From: a virus
Length of the DNA: 64,000 bases
Reading direction: 5' to 3' (one strand)
IMG/VR virus record: IMGVR_UViG_3300030943_000008
Location: 5,875-69,874 of that record
Shown: piece by piece, positions 1 to 9,223 of the stretch
Numbering within the stretch: position 1 is the stretch's first letter
How the letters are laid out: the number at the start of each line of letters is the position of its first letter
The notes under the pieces: generated by a model
The model's input: only the letters and a program-made list of their open reading frames with translations
Told to the model about the DNA's origin: nothing
Database searches by the model: none
Made by a program: the position numbers and the translations under genes

Positions 1-338
1 AGCAGATCATTTCTATCGTCGGTGCAGTTCTGAGCGTCCTGATGATATCGACCGCGCAACTCACCGACCTGTTCGGACCCGGCGTCGCCAAGACGGTCGT
101 CTCAATCGCGGGCCTCGGCAATACGATCATCTCATCGGTCATGGCGGTCATCACTGGAACCTTGACCCAGGACGCACAGGTCAAACAGGTGCTCGACATG
201 CCCGGTGTTAGCCGCATTGCCATCAACAAGCAGGCCAGCCCGGTGCTGGCTGCCATGGCCATGGATCCTGATATCGATAAGATTTCCCCCACCGAAAGCG
301 ATCGCCTCGCCGTCGCGCAAACCGCCAAGGTTGCGTGA
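1..338 (+). CDS. Membrane protein, 5'-truncated (holin-like candidate)
   Basis: Frame is open from the window edge; two hydrophobic stretches then a polar tail; stop overlaps the next ATG. Confidence 0.5.
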   Translation, partial: QIISIVGAVLSVLMISTAQLTDLFGPGVAKTVVSIAGLGNTIISSVMAVITGTLTQDAQVKQVLDMPGVSRIAINKQASPVLAAMAMDPDIDKISPTESDRLAVAQTAKVA

Positions 339-1366
339 TGCCGACGCTGAACGGACACGGGCTCGGCCGGAAATTTACGCCCGACATCGACGGTCGCGAC
401 CGCACCTATGCGGCAGCGCACGCCGTTTCCGACCTTCCGTCTTTCGTCGATCTGCGGAAGCATCTGCCGCCCGTATTTGATCAGGGCGAGACAAATAGTT
501 GCGGCGCGCAGTCCGGCGCCGCGCTGATGCAGTTCCTGTTCCCCGACGTCGCCGGCGGGTTCAGCCGCAATCAGCTCTACTGGTCCGTGCGCGAGATCGA
601 AGGCGACCTCGACAAGGACAATGGCGTCGACACCCGCAACGTGCTCAAGGCGATGCAGAAGATCGGCGTCGCGCCGGAGCCCGTCTGGCCGTTCGACGTC
701 CACGACATTCTGAAGGCACCGCCCGCCTCTGTGTTTGCCGAAGCGGGAAATTACAAGATCGCCAGCTATGAGCGGCTGGTCGGCGCGACAGACTATCTGA
801 ACTGTCTGGCATCCGGTCTGCCGTTCATCCTCGGGTTCATGGTGCCTGAATCGCTGGACGGCGATGCGGTGGCGAAGTCGGGCATCCTGCCGATTCCAGA
901 CCTCTCGAAGGAAAGCATCGTCGGAGGCCACGATGCATTGTGCGTGGGATATGACCGGGCTTTCAAGTCGACGCCGTTCTTCAAGGCCAGCGGCATTGAC
1001 CCCGCGAAGGTGTCCGACACCGCCCTGCTGATCCGAAATAGCTGGGGATCGAAGTGGTCGCCGAACTTTCGTGGACACTTCTGGTTACCCCTCAGCTATG
1101 CCACGAACCCGACGACAGGTGGAGATGCATGGGTGGCGAAGCGGACAGTCCAGATGGGCGCTGCCGCGCCGGTTGCGCCGGTTGCGCCTGTGGCGGCTCT
1201 CGTGGCCCCGCCAGCGCCACACGCGCCGACCAAGCATCAACTCGATGTGGCCTTCGTCGCCGCGCGTGCGGCCCTCGATAAGACCGGCTATGGTGGATGG
1301 GTATCGGACGCCAAACTGCGCCCGGTCTCCGATGAAATCGCGACTGCCGTCATCAAGGCGGCTTAA
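338..1366 (+). CDS. Papain-like cysteine peptidase, family C1A
   Basis: VDLR..PPVFDQGETNSC (oxyanion Gln, catalytic Cys), GGHDALCVGYD (His), IRNSWG (Asn); Ala/Pro linker and small C-terminal domain. Confidence 0.9.
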   Translation: MPTLNGHGLGRKFTPDIDGRDRTYAAAHAVSDLPSFVDLRKHLPPVFDQGETNSCGAQSGAALMQFLFPDVAGGFSRNQLYWSVREIEGDLDKDNGVDTRNVLKAMQKIGVAPEPVWPFDVHDILKAPPASVFAEAGNYKIASYERLVGATDYLNCLASGLPFILGFMVPESLDGDAVAKSGILPIPDLSKESIVGGHDALCVGYDRAFKSTPFFKASGIDPAKVSDTALLIRNSWGSKWSPNFRGHFWLPLSYATNPTTGGDAWVAKRTVQMGAAAPVAPVAPVAALVAPPAPHAPTKHQLDVAFVAARAALDKTGYGGWVSDAKLRPVSDEIATAVIKAA

Positions 1367-1382
1367 CCCGAAGGAACGTCAG

Positions 1383-1730
1383 ATGTTGAAGAAAATTGCG
1401 ACGATCACGACTCTGGCCGGCGCGCTCGCGCTCGGCGCTTGCGGCACCACCGGCGGCCTGCCGGCCAGCACCACCACGACCGATCCGACCGTTTCGTCCG
1501 TGATTCAGGCTGTGCGCACCGGTTGCGCATACGTGGCGCCGGCCAGCCAAGTGGCATCAATCATCACCACGTTTACGGGCGGCTCCAGTATCGTCGACCT
1601 CGTCGGCACCGTGGCGAACTCGATCTGTTCGGCAGTGACCGCCAAGGGTGCCAGCCGCGGCGTTTCGCCGTCAGTCAATGGTGTGCCGCTGACCGGTCAC
1701 TTCCTGGCTGGCGCGCACCGCCGCCGCTGA
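1383..1730 (+). CDS. Lipoprotein (possibly spanin-related)
   Basis: MLKK plus hydrophobic segment plus lipobox LGA|C; RBS AAGGA upstream. Confidence 0.7.
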   Translation: MLKKIATITTLAGALALGACGTTGGLPASTTTTDPTVSSVIQAVRTGCAYVAPASQVASIITTFTGGSSIVDLVGTVANSICSAVTAKGASRGVSPSVNGVPLTGHFLAGAHRRR

Positions 1731-1740
1731 TCGCTGAACC

Positions 1741-1786
1741 CTGGATACCGCCGTTGACTTTAGTGGCGGTATCCAGACGATGGAGA
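1741..1786. repeat. 12-bp perfect inverted repeat / stem-loop
   Basis: CTGGATACCGCC-N22-GGCGGTATCCAG in intergenic space. Confidence 0.7.
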
Positions 1787-1866
1787 GGGCCTGTCGATGC
1801 AACCTATGCAGATCACCGCCGTTGAAGTCCCGGCCATGACGATGGTGGAGCGCAGGATGTCCGTTC

Positions 1867-2076
1867 ATGACCTTCCCGGAGATTTTCGACTATATCAAGC
1901 AGGCGGGGGTTCCCGGGGTTCTTTTGATTTGGCTGTGGCTGGAACGCGGCGAGCGGATCAGCGCGCAGACCGAGCTCAAGCAGGTTTCGGAAAAGTCGAT
2001 TCTCGCCATCTCGGAAATGAAATCGCTGGTCGGACAACTGACCGCCATCTTCAAACCGAACGGTCCGGGATCATGA
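1867..2076 (+). CDS. Small single-TM protein with coiled tail (holin-like candidate)
   Basis: 69 aa; TM segment GVPGVLLIWLWL followed by an amphipathic helix. Confidence 0.55.
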   Translation: MTFPEIFDYIKQAGVPGVLLIWLWLERGERISAQTELKQVSEKSILAISEMKSLVGQLTAIFKPNGPGS

Positions 2077-2297
2077 GCGCACTTGTCCGGCTCTGGGAGA
2101 ATTTGACGCTGAGGCCGCATCGGACGGAACTCAGCGAACGAGTCGCTGCCGCAGCCGACGAACTGCAGATTGAGGCGCGTGCATTGAAAGAGCAATTGCA
2201 GCCCTACGTTGATTCGGGTGATCCTCTTACCGCGATGATGTTCGATCTTTACGCCAAGCGGAGGATGATCGATGCGGCACCTAAATCTGATTCTTGA
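2073..2297 (+). CDS. Hypothetical protein
   Basis: ATGA overlap with upstream gene; helical 74 aa. Confidence 0.55.
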   Translation: MSALVRLWENLTLRPHRTELSERVAAAADELQIEARALKEQLQPYVDSGDPLTAMMFDLYAKRRMIDAAPKSDS

Positions 2298-2709
2298 ATT
2301 GACGAACGGTGTCGTTGCGATCAATACGTTTTTCCTGCTCTGCTATTTGATGATGTATTTCACGATGCAGTGGCGCCGGCCGCGCGAGATCGCCCCCGTT
2401 CATCTTATCGTGGATCCCGACGTTCGTCGCCACGCCATGGTGCTGGCGACCGCCCTGTTCGTCGATATGACGGGCGCCTTCATCACCAGAGCAATTGTCT
2501 GGTACTGGCGCCGGATCGGAGTAGGCGGCGGTGGGGGGGCGATGAATCAGATCCAGGTGTTCGGGATGTTGATCGGTGCCATTGGGATTGCAGTTGGCGT
2601 TCTGATGATCATCCATGCTCTGGCGCGTCCGCGGTACGGCAATATGGCGTGGCTGTCGGTGGCGTTAGTCGACATCATCTATCTGGTTTCGGCGGTTCTT
2701 CTGCCCTAA
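2272..2709 (+). CDS. Four-TM membrane protein
   Basis: Four hydrophobic segments; RBS GGAGG upstream. Confidence 0.7.
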   Translation: MRHLNLILELTNGVVAINTFFLLCYLMMYFTMQWRRPREIAPVHLIVDPDVRRHAMVLATALFVDMTGAFITRAIVWYWRRIGVGGGGGAMNQIQVFGMLIGAIGIAVGVLMIIHALARPRYGNMAWLSVALVDIIYLVSAVLLP

Positions 2710-2775
2710 AAGTCAAGACTTTTTCGCCTCTTCCATTTGTGCCAAGAACTCTCCCGTCCTGATCACTTTTGACCA

Positions 2776-3348
2776 ATGGGGGATTTCATCTTGAAGCACA
2801 TTCTCGTCCTGGCGGCCGTTCTTTCGATCATTGCCGGCACCGCTGAGGCCCGGCCGCGGCAGACCCGCGCGCCGGTCGCGCCGCCCGAATGTAACGTCAT
2901 CATGCCGTGCGACTTCGGCATGTCGATTTTTGCCCCCTCCAAAGCAGTCGAGAAAATCGACAAGCGGAACAAAAACGCCAAAACCGACGCTTTTTTTTCA
3001 AATCCTTTGCAGCGGATCACAGTCATATCGGCAACGGCAGCCAGTACCGTAGTCGGCGGCCGGCCGGCCGGATGCCCCCACGCCTTCTGCGGATGCGGCG
3101 CCAGCCTGTATCTGTTCGGCCGGATCATCCCGTCGCTGAACCTGGCTGCGAACTGGTTGCGGTTTCCGCGCGCCGCGCCGGCGCCCCGGATGGTGGCGGC
3201 TCGCCGCGGGCATGTGTTCGTGCTCGAGCAGCACATCGCTGGGTCGACATGGCTGGTTCACGACAGCAATTCCGGGCGCGGCCGCACCCGCATGCATGCC
3301 CGGTCGATCGCCGGGTTCGTGATCGTTGATCCGCACGGAGCCGGCTGA
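2776..3348 (+). CDS. Secreted Cys/His protein, CHAP/NlpC-like candidate (Bradyrhizobium-type family)
   Basis: Signal peptide ending AEA; motifs GRPAGCPHAFCGCG, LAANW, RRGHVFV, HDSNSG. Confidence 0.6.
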   Translation: MGDFILKHILVLAAVLSIIAGTAEARPRQTRAPVAPPECNVIMPCDFGMSIFAPSKAVEKIDKRNKNAKTDAFFSNPLQRITVISATAASTVVGGRPAGCPHAFCGCGASLYLFGRIIPSLNLAANWLRFPRAAPAPRMVAARRGHVFVLEQHIAGSTWLVHDSNSGRGRTRMHARSIAGFVIVDPHGAG

Positions 3349-3620
3349 TGTCGAACTGGACCACGGGGGAACTACGGGTTTTACGGGATGCACATGCGAC
3401 CCGACGCCCGGGGATGGTCGAATTGGCCCTGCTGTTGCCCCGACACACTCAGGAGGCCGTTCGGATAAGGTCCGAGATCCTCGGCCTCCGGACGAAGCAA
3501 CGGAACCTTTTGCACTGGCTGCGTATCGCCCATCGTCATTTCTCGCAGCGGGAGGCCGTAGAGAGGGATGCAGGCTCGGTGCGGGCCAATCCCCGACTTC
3601 CTGACGCCATTGCGCCCTGA
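3348..3620 (+). CDS. Hypothetical protein (WT..E..L start, Myb/HTH-like)
   Basis: Translationally coupled ORF of 90 aa. Confidence 0.55.
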   Translation: MSNWTTGELRVLRDAHATRRPGMVELALLLPRHTQEAVRIRSEILGLRTKQRNLLHWLRIAHRHFSQREAVERDAGSVRANPRLPDAIAP

Positions 3621-3753
3621 CGCTGCGCTGGCCCGGCGCGGGACCTTGCGGACTGGATCGAATCCATCCATAACTGCGGTCGGCCCCACCGAGCCCGAAT
3701 AGACCCCGGGTTCCGGCGTCGCCGTCCTTTCTTGGTTGGACCTCCATCGACTG

Positions 3754-3785
3754 GCCCGGCGCTCCCCACAGGCGCCGGGCTTTTT
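3754..3785 (+). terminator. Rho-independent terminator
   Basis: GCCCGGCGC-loop-GCGCCGGGC followed by TTTTT. Confidence 0.8.
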
Positions 3786-3794
3786 CGTGCCGGC

Positions 3795-3829
3795 AAAGAA
3801 AACCGCCGCCTCCCAGCGTGGAGGCGGCG
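3795..3829 (-). terminator. Rho-independent terminator of the leftward operon
   Basis: CGCCGCCTCC-loop-GGAGGCGGCG preceded by an A-rich run; convergent with the + strand terminator. Confidence 0.75.
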
Positions 3830-3851
3830 TCCCGCTGCGGCGGCGGGTGAG

Positions 3852-4325
3852 CTATTTGTCGGCGTCGATCACCGGCATCAGCAGGCTCAGAGTTCCGGGC
3901 GGAATCGGGTTCTGGCCCTCATCGTCGCCGAGTTTCAGGTCCGACAGTTTGATCTTCGGGATGGTGGCGCCGCACGGGGCCTCGATCACCTTCGTATATT
4001 CGGCGTTGAGCTTGGTCAGTTCCGGGGAGCCAGGTTCGATCTGCTTCCCGCCGCCGACTTCCTGCAGGAGCTGCATCCGGGTTTTTTCGGTGGCGTCGGC
4101 CAAGGACCGCAGCGACGTGATGGCCTGTGCGATGGTGAACCGCACCGCGCCGCCGAGGCGGTAAGGAACTGCCACGGGCTTCCCGTCCACCATCTTCTGA
4201 TAGGTGTCGAGGCTGGAAAGGGCGCCGTAGACCTGCAGGCACTTTGCAACGGTCATGGGCGGTTCGGCGCACGCCGGCGTAGCGGCAGCGATCAGGGCGG
4301 CGGTGGCAATCATCAATCGTTTCAT
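3852..4325 (-). CDS. Hypothetical secreted protein
   Basis: Signal peptide MKRLMIATAALIAAATPACA; RBS AAGGA. Confidence 0.75.
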   Translation of the reverse strand: MKRLMIATAALIAAATPACAEPPMTVAKCLQVYGALSSLDTYQKMVDGKPVAVPYRLGGAVRFTIAQAITSLRSLADATEKTRMQLLQEVGGGKQIEPGSPELTKLNAEYTKVIEAPCGATIPKIKLSDLKLGDDEGQNPIPPGTLSLLMPVIDADK

Positions 4326-4392
4326 GGGTGGTTCCTTCAGTGGTACTGCTGACCCCGCAGCGGGTTAGTTTGGATGCCGGAATACGAGAATT

Positions 4393-4599
4393 TCAGATCG
4401 GCTCCAATTGCTTGCGCGTGTAGACCTCGCACTGCTCAAAAACAACGGCCAGCGCGCGGTGAGAATGATGAAGCCGGACGACCTTGTCGGTTCGGACGAA
4501 GGTTGAATCGGCGTGGCGGATGACGAAGCAGGCTGGGCCTACCGTCAGTTTTCCAAGGCGGCGGTTGGCCTCGTCCACCAGAACAGCAACGCGCATCAT
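4393..4599 (-). CDS. Hypothetical protein
   Basis: Coupled ORF in the leftward operon. Confidence 0.5.
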   Translation of the reverse strand: MMRVAVLVDEANRRLGKLTVGPACFVIRHADSTFVRTDKVVRLHHSHRALAVVFEQCEVYTRKQLEPI

Positions 4600-5087
4600 C
4601 GGCGCTTCTCCTTTTTCGGAAACGGGCGCGAAGCCCACTTGGTCTTGCCTTTCGGCATCTTGCCAGCGGATCGGATTGGGGATGACCGCTTCGGCTTCGG
4701 CGGCTTCTCCCGTCGGCGCTGGCGCTTGATCAGAACCCGGTCGGGATGCTGGCCGTGGTCACCAATGTGGTTTGTCTTCACGCGGTGCGCGTTGGCTTCG
4801 CGGTACATGAGCGAATCCGGGTCGTTGGCCGGCGGCATATATTCGACGTGCACGCCCTTGCGGAACACCTTCTCGCGGGCGCCTAGCGCGGGATCGTGGT
4901 CGAGGTGCAGCCCTTTGACCTCGCAGCCCAGCAGTTTGGCCAGGTGCGCCAGCAGTTCGGCCAGCAGGGCGCCGAGGCGGCCCTTGTTGGCCGCCATGAC
5001 GTCGTCGGGCCACATCTCGCCGAGCTGCCGCAGGGCGACGCGGCAGCGGACAGATGTGGGTATCACGGGGCGGAGAAGGCGTGGCAT
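4596..5087 (-). CDS. HNH-like nuclease
   Basis: LHLDHDPAL...ANDPDSL...AHRVKT beta-beta-alpha-metal pattern; basic C-terminus. Confidence 0.65.
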   Translation of the reverse strand: MPRLLRPVIPTSVRCRVALRQLGEMWPDDVMAANKGRLGALLAELLAHLAKLLGCEVKGLHLDHDPALGAREKVFRKGVHVEYMPPANDPDSLMYREANAHRVKTNHIGDHGQHPDRVLIKRQRRREKPPKPKRSSPIRSAGKMPKGKTKWASRPFPKKEKRR

Positions 5088-5343
5088 TAGATTTTACTCC
5101 CGACCCAAATACTGATCGCGACGACTGCCGCGCCAGCATAATAACCGATCCAAAAACTAGTCGGATCCCACGTCATCTCCCGCGCTTTCCGCCGCGCTTC
5201 GTCATCGGCTTGACCTTCGCGATCTGATTGCGGAGGTCAGCCGCCGAGGGTTTCTTTGCGCTTTTCAGGAGGCGCGCCTCCTGCAATGCGCGCTGCTGCA
5301 ACTCTTTCGGGCCTGGTGTCTGTGCCATGGTGCTCTCCTGTGG

Positions 5344-5652
5344 TTAGAACGGGATTTGGTCGACGAGCGGCTCTGCGTTTTTGATGGCACGGCGCAAGGC
5401 CAGCATCGGAGGGCTGTTGTCGGACTTGCTTACGCGCGGGGCCGCCACGTCCTTGGCCGCCTTCCATAGTTCGGTCAGCGCCGTATCGGCCTTGCGTGCA
5501 TCATCACGTAATTTGGCGATCTGCTCACCTTGCCGCATTGTCATCGCCTGCAAATGGCTGGCATTCGCCTGCGCGGTGGACAACTGCGCCGCAGTCGGGC
5601 GCAGCGCGAGTTCGACCAGCTTAGCGAGCACCAGTTCGTTCATGTCAGACAT
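5344..5652 (-). CDS. Coiled-coil hypothetical protein ending DQIPF
   Basis: RBS GGAGG; 102 aa. Confidence 0.65.
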   Translation of the reverse strand: MSDMNELVLAKLVELALRPTAAQLSTAQANASHLQAMTMRQGEQIAKLRDDARKADTALTELWKAAKDVAAPRVSKSDNSPPMLALRRAIKNAEPLVDQIPF

Positions 5653-5667
5653 CGTTCTTTCCTCCGG

Positions 5668-7476
5668 TTATGCGGCGAACAACCAAGCTTGTGCCCGGAG
5701 GTCGCCTTTCTTCTCAATCAGATCCAGCGTGCGCAGTGTACTGAGATAATTTGCCCATGTCCCGGATTTGTGGCTGTAGCCGGCGGTTCCGGCCAATTGT
5801 TCGTGGCTCCACTTGTCCGGGTAGGACGACAGCAGCGGTTCAAGGATGCGCTGCTGCGGGCCGCCAAGCTTGCTGAGCACCGCGCGGTGCAGTGCCTCGA
5901 CGGTGGGAGCCACGGCAGGATCATTGGCAGCCGCGATGCCCTCCGGCGTCAGGACCAGATCGCCCTTGGGCGCCAGCATCCCGCCCGTGCGCAGCAAACT
6001 CAGGTAATTCGCCCATGTGCCGGACTTGTGCGAATAGCCGGCGATGAAAGCGACCTGCGCGTGCGTCGGCGCCGCGCCTGGCATCAGGACGTTCCACCAG
6101 CGGATGGCGTCGACGATCTTCTGCTGCGGGCCGGGGAGCGATCCCGTTCCCCGCATCTGCTGGAACATCGAGGCGCGGGATGCCATGTTTTCTGCTTCGT
6201 TCCATTTCGGTTTCACCGCGACCAGATCCGGCTGGCCGCGCTCGGTGATCTTGTCGTCGTGCTTGATCAATCCGGCGACCGGCGTTACCCGGATTCCTTG
6301 ACGGACCTTCTCGCTGGCCGTCGCAGCGTCGCTCGCCATCTCGGTAAGACGGTTCGCTTCGGTGCGGTGCTTGTCGACGACCATCTCGATATCGTGGATC
6401 AGATCGAACATCACACCGCGGATGTGGCCGCGGCCGCTACTGATGCCCGTCAAGTGGCCATCGGCATGGCCGCGTTCATAACCATGCTGTTCGGCGGCAG
6501 CGATGATGTCACCGTCCAGCGCGGCCGCGGGCACCTTGGTGGCGGCCTCTTTCTCAAGCTGGGCGATCCGCGCGCGCAGCGCCGCTGGGTCGTTGGCGAC
6601 CTTCTCTTTTGCGACCTTTTCAAGTAGGCCCTTGATGGCACCGGGATCGATCGGCGTCAGCTTCGGGCCATCGTCCGGATCGCTGTCGGGCGCAGAACTT
6701 GAATCGAACGTCTTGGGCCACGCAAATTTGACGCGCTCAAGAACATGCTCGCGCGGTGCCCAAACCCATCCCTCGCCAGGCGCGAGACCGGATAGCGATT
6801 TGATGACCTCCTGGCCGGCGCCGTCGTCCGCCTGATCGGCGATCCAGTCCTTCACCGCGTTGCGGTCCTGCGGCGCCGTCACCATCATCGCGATCAGTGT
6901 GTGCGCCTGCGTCAGCGAGTCCTTGTGAAGCTTGGCCGGACGCTGCGAAATCATGGTGATGCGCAAGCCCTTGGAGCGCCCCAGCGACAGCAAGTTGTTC
7001 GTCGCGTGCAGCATCGCCGGCGCGCTGCCGCCGCTCCGCGCCCCGCCCTGCGGCGCGAACAGATGGGCTTCGTCCAGGACGAACACCAGCGGCCCGCGGT
7101 TCTTGCGCAGCAGCGTCTCGGCGAAGTCGGTAAACCATTGGGAGCGCGCCTCGACGGTCATCTGCGAGGTGTCGAACACGAAGCTGTCCGATGACGTTCC
7201 GACGATCTCGCCCCACGTATTGCCATCTCGGCGTTGCAGCGGAAAATCCGCGTGCTCCCCGCCGACGATGTAAATGTCGAAGCCCTTGGTCTTGCCGTCG
7301 GCTTTCAGGCGCAGGCCCCAGCCGACGCCGGTCGGGTCAATGTTGCAGACCCGCATCCCGGCTTTGAGCGCGGGTTCGATGATCTGGCTTTTGGCGACCG
7401 ACGTCTTGCCGCTGCCGTTCATGCCGAGGATGGCGATGTGCTTTTTGAGGGCCGCTTCCGGGATGGGCTGCTTCAC
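5668..7476 (-). CDS. HerA/FtsK-like (DUF87) P-loop ATPase with duplicated C-terminal HTH-like domain
   Basis: Walker A GMNGSGKT, Walker B VLDEAH, GRSKG, SQRPA motif; repeat AGYSHKSGTWANYLS present twice. Confidence 0.85.
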   Translation of the reverse strand: MKQPIPEAALKKHIAILGMNGSGKTSVAKSQIIEPALKAGMRVCNIDPTGVGWGLRLKADGKTKGFDIYIVGGEHADFPLQRRDGNTWGEIVGTSSDSFVFDTSQMTVEARSQWFTDFAETLLRKNRGPLVFVLDEAHLFAPQGGARSGGSAPAMLHATNNLLSLGRSKGLRITMISQRPAKLHKDSLTQAHTLIAMMVTAPQDRNAVKDWIADQADDGAGQEVIKSLSGLAPGEGWVWAPREHVLERVKFAWPKTFDSSSAPDSDPDDGPKLTPIDPGAIKGLLEKVAKEKVANDPAALRARIAQLEKEAATKVPAAALDGDIIAAAEQHGYERGHADGHLTGISSGRGHIRGVMFDLIHDIEMVVDKHRTEANRLTEMASDAATASEKVRQGIRVTPVAGLIKHDDKITERGQPDLVAVKPKWNEAENMASRASMFQQMRGTGSLPGPQQKIVDAIRWWNVLMPGAAPTHAQVAFIAGYSHKSGTWANYLSLLRTGGMLAPKGDLVLTPEGIAAANDPAVAPTVEALHRAVLSKLGGPQQRILEPLLSSYPDKWSHEQLAGTAGYSHKSGTWANYLSTLRTLDLIEKKGDLRAQAWLFAA

Positions 7477-7811
7477 GATTGCACGTCCTTTTCAAATTGC
7501 TTGAGCGCCTGAGAGATCAGGGGCCATTTGGAAATGAAGATATTGGCGAGGGCGATCATGTCGCCGGTGGCATATCCGGCATCGTCCCGTCCTTCTTGTG
7601 CTTGGCGAAGATGCCGTTCCAGTTCGGCTGTGGTGGCCGACCCGGCAAAGTTCTCCCGTGCGCGCAGATCGGATGCGATGGCGGACAGCACCTGGTAGCG
7701 ATGGGCCATGGCGAGCGGCTGGCCACAGCTCTGCGCGGCGCGGCGCTCCGCCGCCGATAACTCGTCGACGACGTGGCGTTTCTGGGCAGTGGTGTACAGG
7801 CGCAGGGTCAT
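7473..7811 (-). CDS. Hypothetical protein
   Basis: Coupled ORF, 112 aa. Confidence 0.6.
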   Translation of the reverse strand: MTLRLYTTAQKRHVVDELSAAERRAAQSCGQPLAMAHRYQVLSAIASDLRARENFAGSATTAELERHLRQAQEGRDDAGYATGDMIALANIFISKWPLISQALKQFEKDVQS

Positions 7812-8143
7812 GTTTCTTCCTTCGGTTGACGGCAGACCCAGACCATGGCGTTCACGCCGCTGGCATTCGGTCGGACGATATTGGCGGGCATGATCTCGCC
7901 GGTGGCGCGGAGCTCGCTGAGGCGCGGGCGGACAGAAAATTCGGAACGGCCCATCTTGGCGGCAACCTGGTCAGCAGTCAGACCGCTTGGCCACTCGACA
8001 CGCAGGGCCGTCAGGACTTGTTCGCGCAGGGTCAGCACCTTCGGTGCCATCAGGCGCGCAGCGGCCGCGCTGGTGGTCGGCTCCTTATGGCCAGCGGTCT
8101 CTGGATAGACCGGAGGCGGCGTGTAATCGAACAGGTCAGGCAT
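7808..8143 (-). CDS. Winged-helix DNA-binding protein
   Basis: GLTADQVAAKMGRSEFSVRPRLSELRATGEI; RBS GGAGG. Confidence 0.75.
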   Translation of the reverse strand: MPDLFDYTPPPVYPETAGHKEPTTSAAAARLMAPKVLTLREQVLTALRVEWPSGLTADQVAAKMGRSEFSVRPRLSELRATGEIMPANIVRPNASGVNAMVWVCRQPKEET

Positions 8144-8696
8144 AACATTCCTCCCCATCTTTGCATGCGCATCGCTCGTCCGGCGTTGAATACCAGCCAG
8201 TTTTGTCGCACCACCACGTGTGCTGGCAAAGGTAGTCGCCGCGGACCATATCCTTGCATTCAGAGCACCAGACCGCATCGACGTCGGCTCCGTTGTGTTC
8301 AAGCCAGCAAAGGATGTCGGTATCGGCATCAAGTTGAATTTGCTTTGGAGGAAGGTTGAGGCGGCGCGTTCGATTACGCTTCCTGATCATCCGGGTGCGA
8401 CGACCACGCCAAGGCGGCTTATCCCTGGCGTCCACCCATTGAGCCGGTTCTTCCTTAACTTCGACACTGCCCGAGACGTGGTAAATTCCCGAAACAGGGA
8501 CGGGTCCGCCGCCGCCGCCGCTTTGATGGAAAAGGTAGTATCCGTAGGACCGCGACCATTCGACGTCGTATTCGGTCCGGTAAACATACGTTTTGCCGTC
8601 GCGATTGTCGGACTTTTCCTCAATGACGGTTACGCTATGAATGACAGGCCTCCCGGAGGCTGGCCGAAAGAAATGAGTGACCACGGCTCTCGTCAT
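8136..8696 (-). CDS. Hypothetical protein with Cys-rich C-terminus
   Basis: RBS GAGGA; CSEC...C...C...CAC. Confidence 0.6.
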   Translation of the reverse strand: MTRAVVTHFFRPASGRPVIHSVTVIEEKSDNRDGKTYVYRTEYDVEWSRSYGYYLFHQSGGGGGPVPVSGIYHVSGSVEVKEEPAQWVDARDKPPWRGRRTRMIRKRNRTRRLNLPPKQIQLDADTDILCWLEHNGADVDAVWCSECKDMVRGDYLCQHTWWCDKTGWYSTPDERCACKDGEECYA

Positions 8697-9223
8697 GACG
8701 ATTTCCTCTTCGGTGGATGCATCCGATGCAGTTCGGCCCACGTCACTCCGACCAGGCTGAGGCAATATTCGAGGACGGCGACCTTCGAGGCTTCAAATTC
8801 CTCTTTTCCCATGGCGGCGTTCGATTGCGATTTCGCGTCATAAACGAACACGACATTTCCGCTCAACAGGATCACCGCGAAGGGGCTGCGCGACCGCAGG
8901 TTCATTGCCAGCGATCGGGCATGCCCGTCGGTGTCGCAAACGAAGTTCTTTTCGTCGCAATAGCCGCACTCGACCAGCGCCTTCGCGCGCAGCGCCTCGA
9001 CCGACGGATATTTTGCGGCGATCTTCTCCGGGAGCGACAACCACAGATCCCGGAGCTGGGCGAAATAATGCGACTGGCTGGCCGCCGACCGTTCCTCATG
9101 GACCAGCAGCGGATAGGCGCGCCCGACCTCGAACTGCTCGTCGCACTGCCGCTGGTGGCGCGGCAGCGGGACCATGTTCTGGCCGTTCCAGATCATCGTA
9201 ATCGGCCGGACGCGGCTGCTCAT
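8693..9223 (-). CDS. NinB/DUF1367-like recombination accessory protein
   Basis: RSAASQSHYFA...KSQS..M.KEEF pattern; next to exonuclease and ERF. Confidence 0.6.
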   Translation of the reverse strand: MSSRVRPITMIWNGQNMVPLPRHQRQCDEQFEVGRAYPLLVHEERSAASQSHYFAQLRDLWLSLPEKIAAKYPSVEALRAKALVECGYCDEKNFVCDTDGHARSLAMNLRSRSPFAVILLSGNVVFVYDAKSQSNAAMGKEEFEASKVAVLEYCLSLVGVTWAELHRMHPPKRKSS

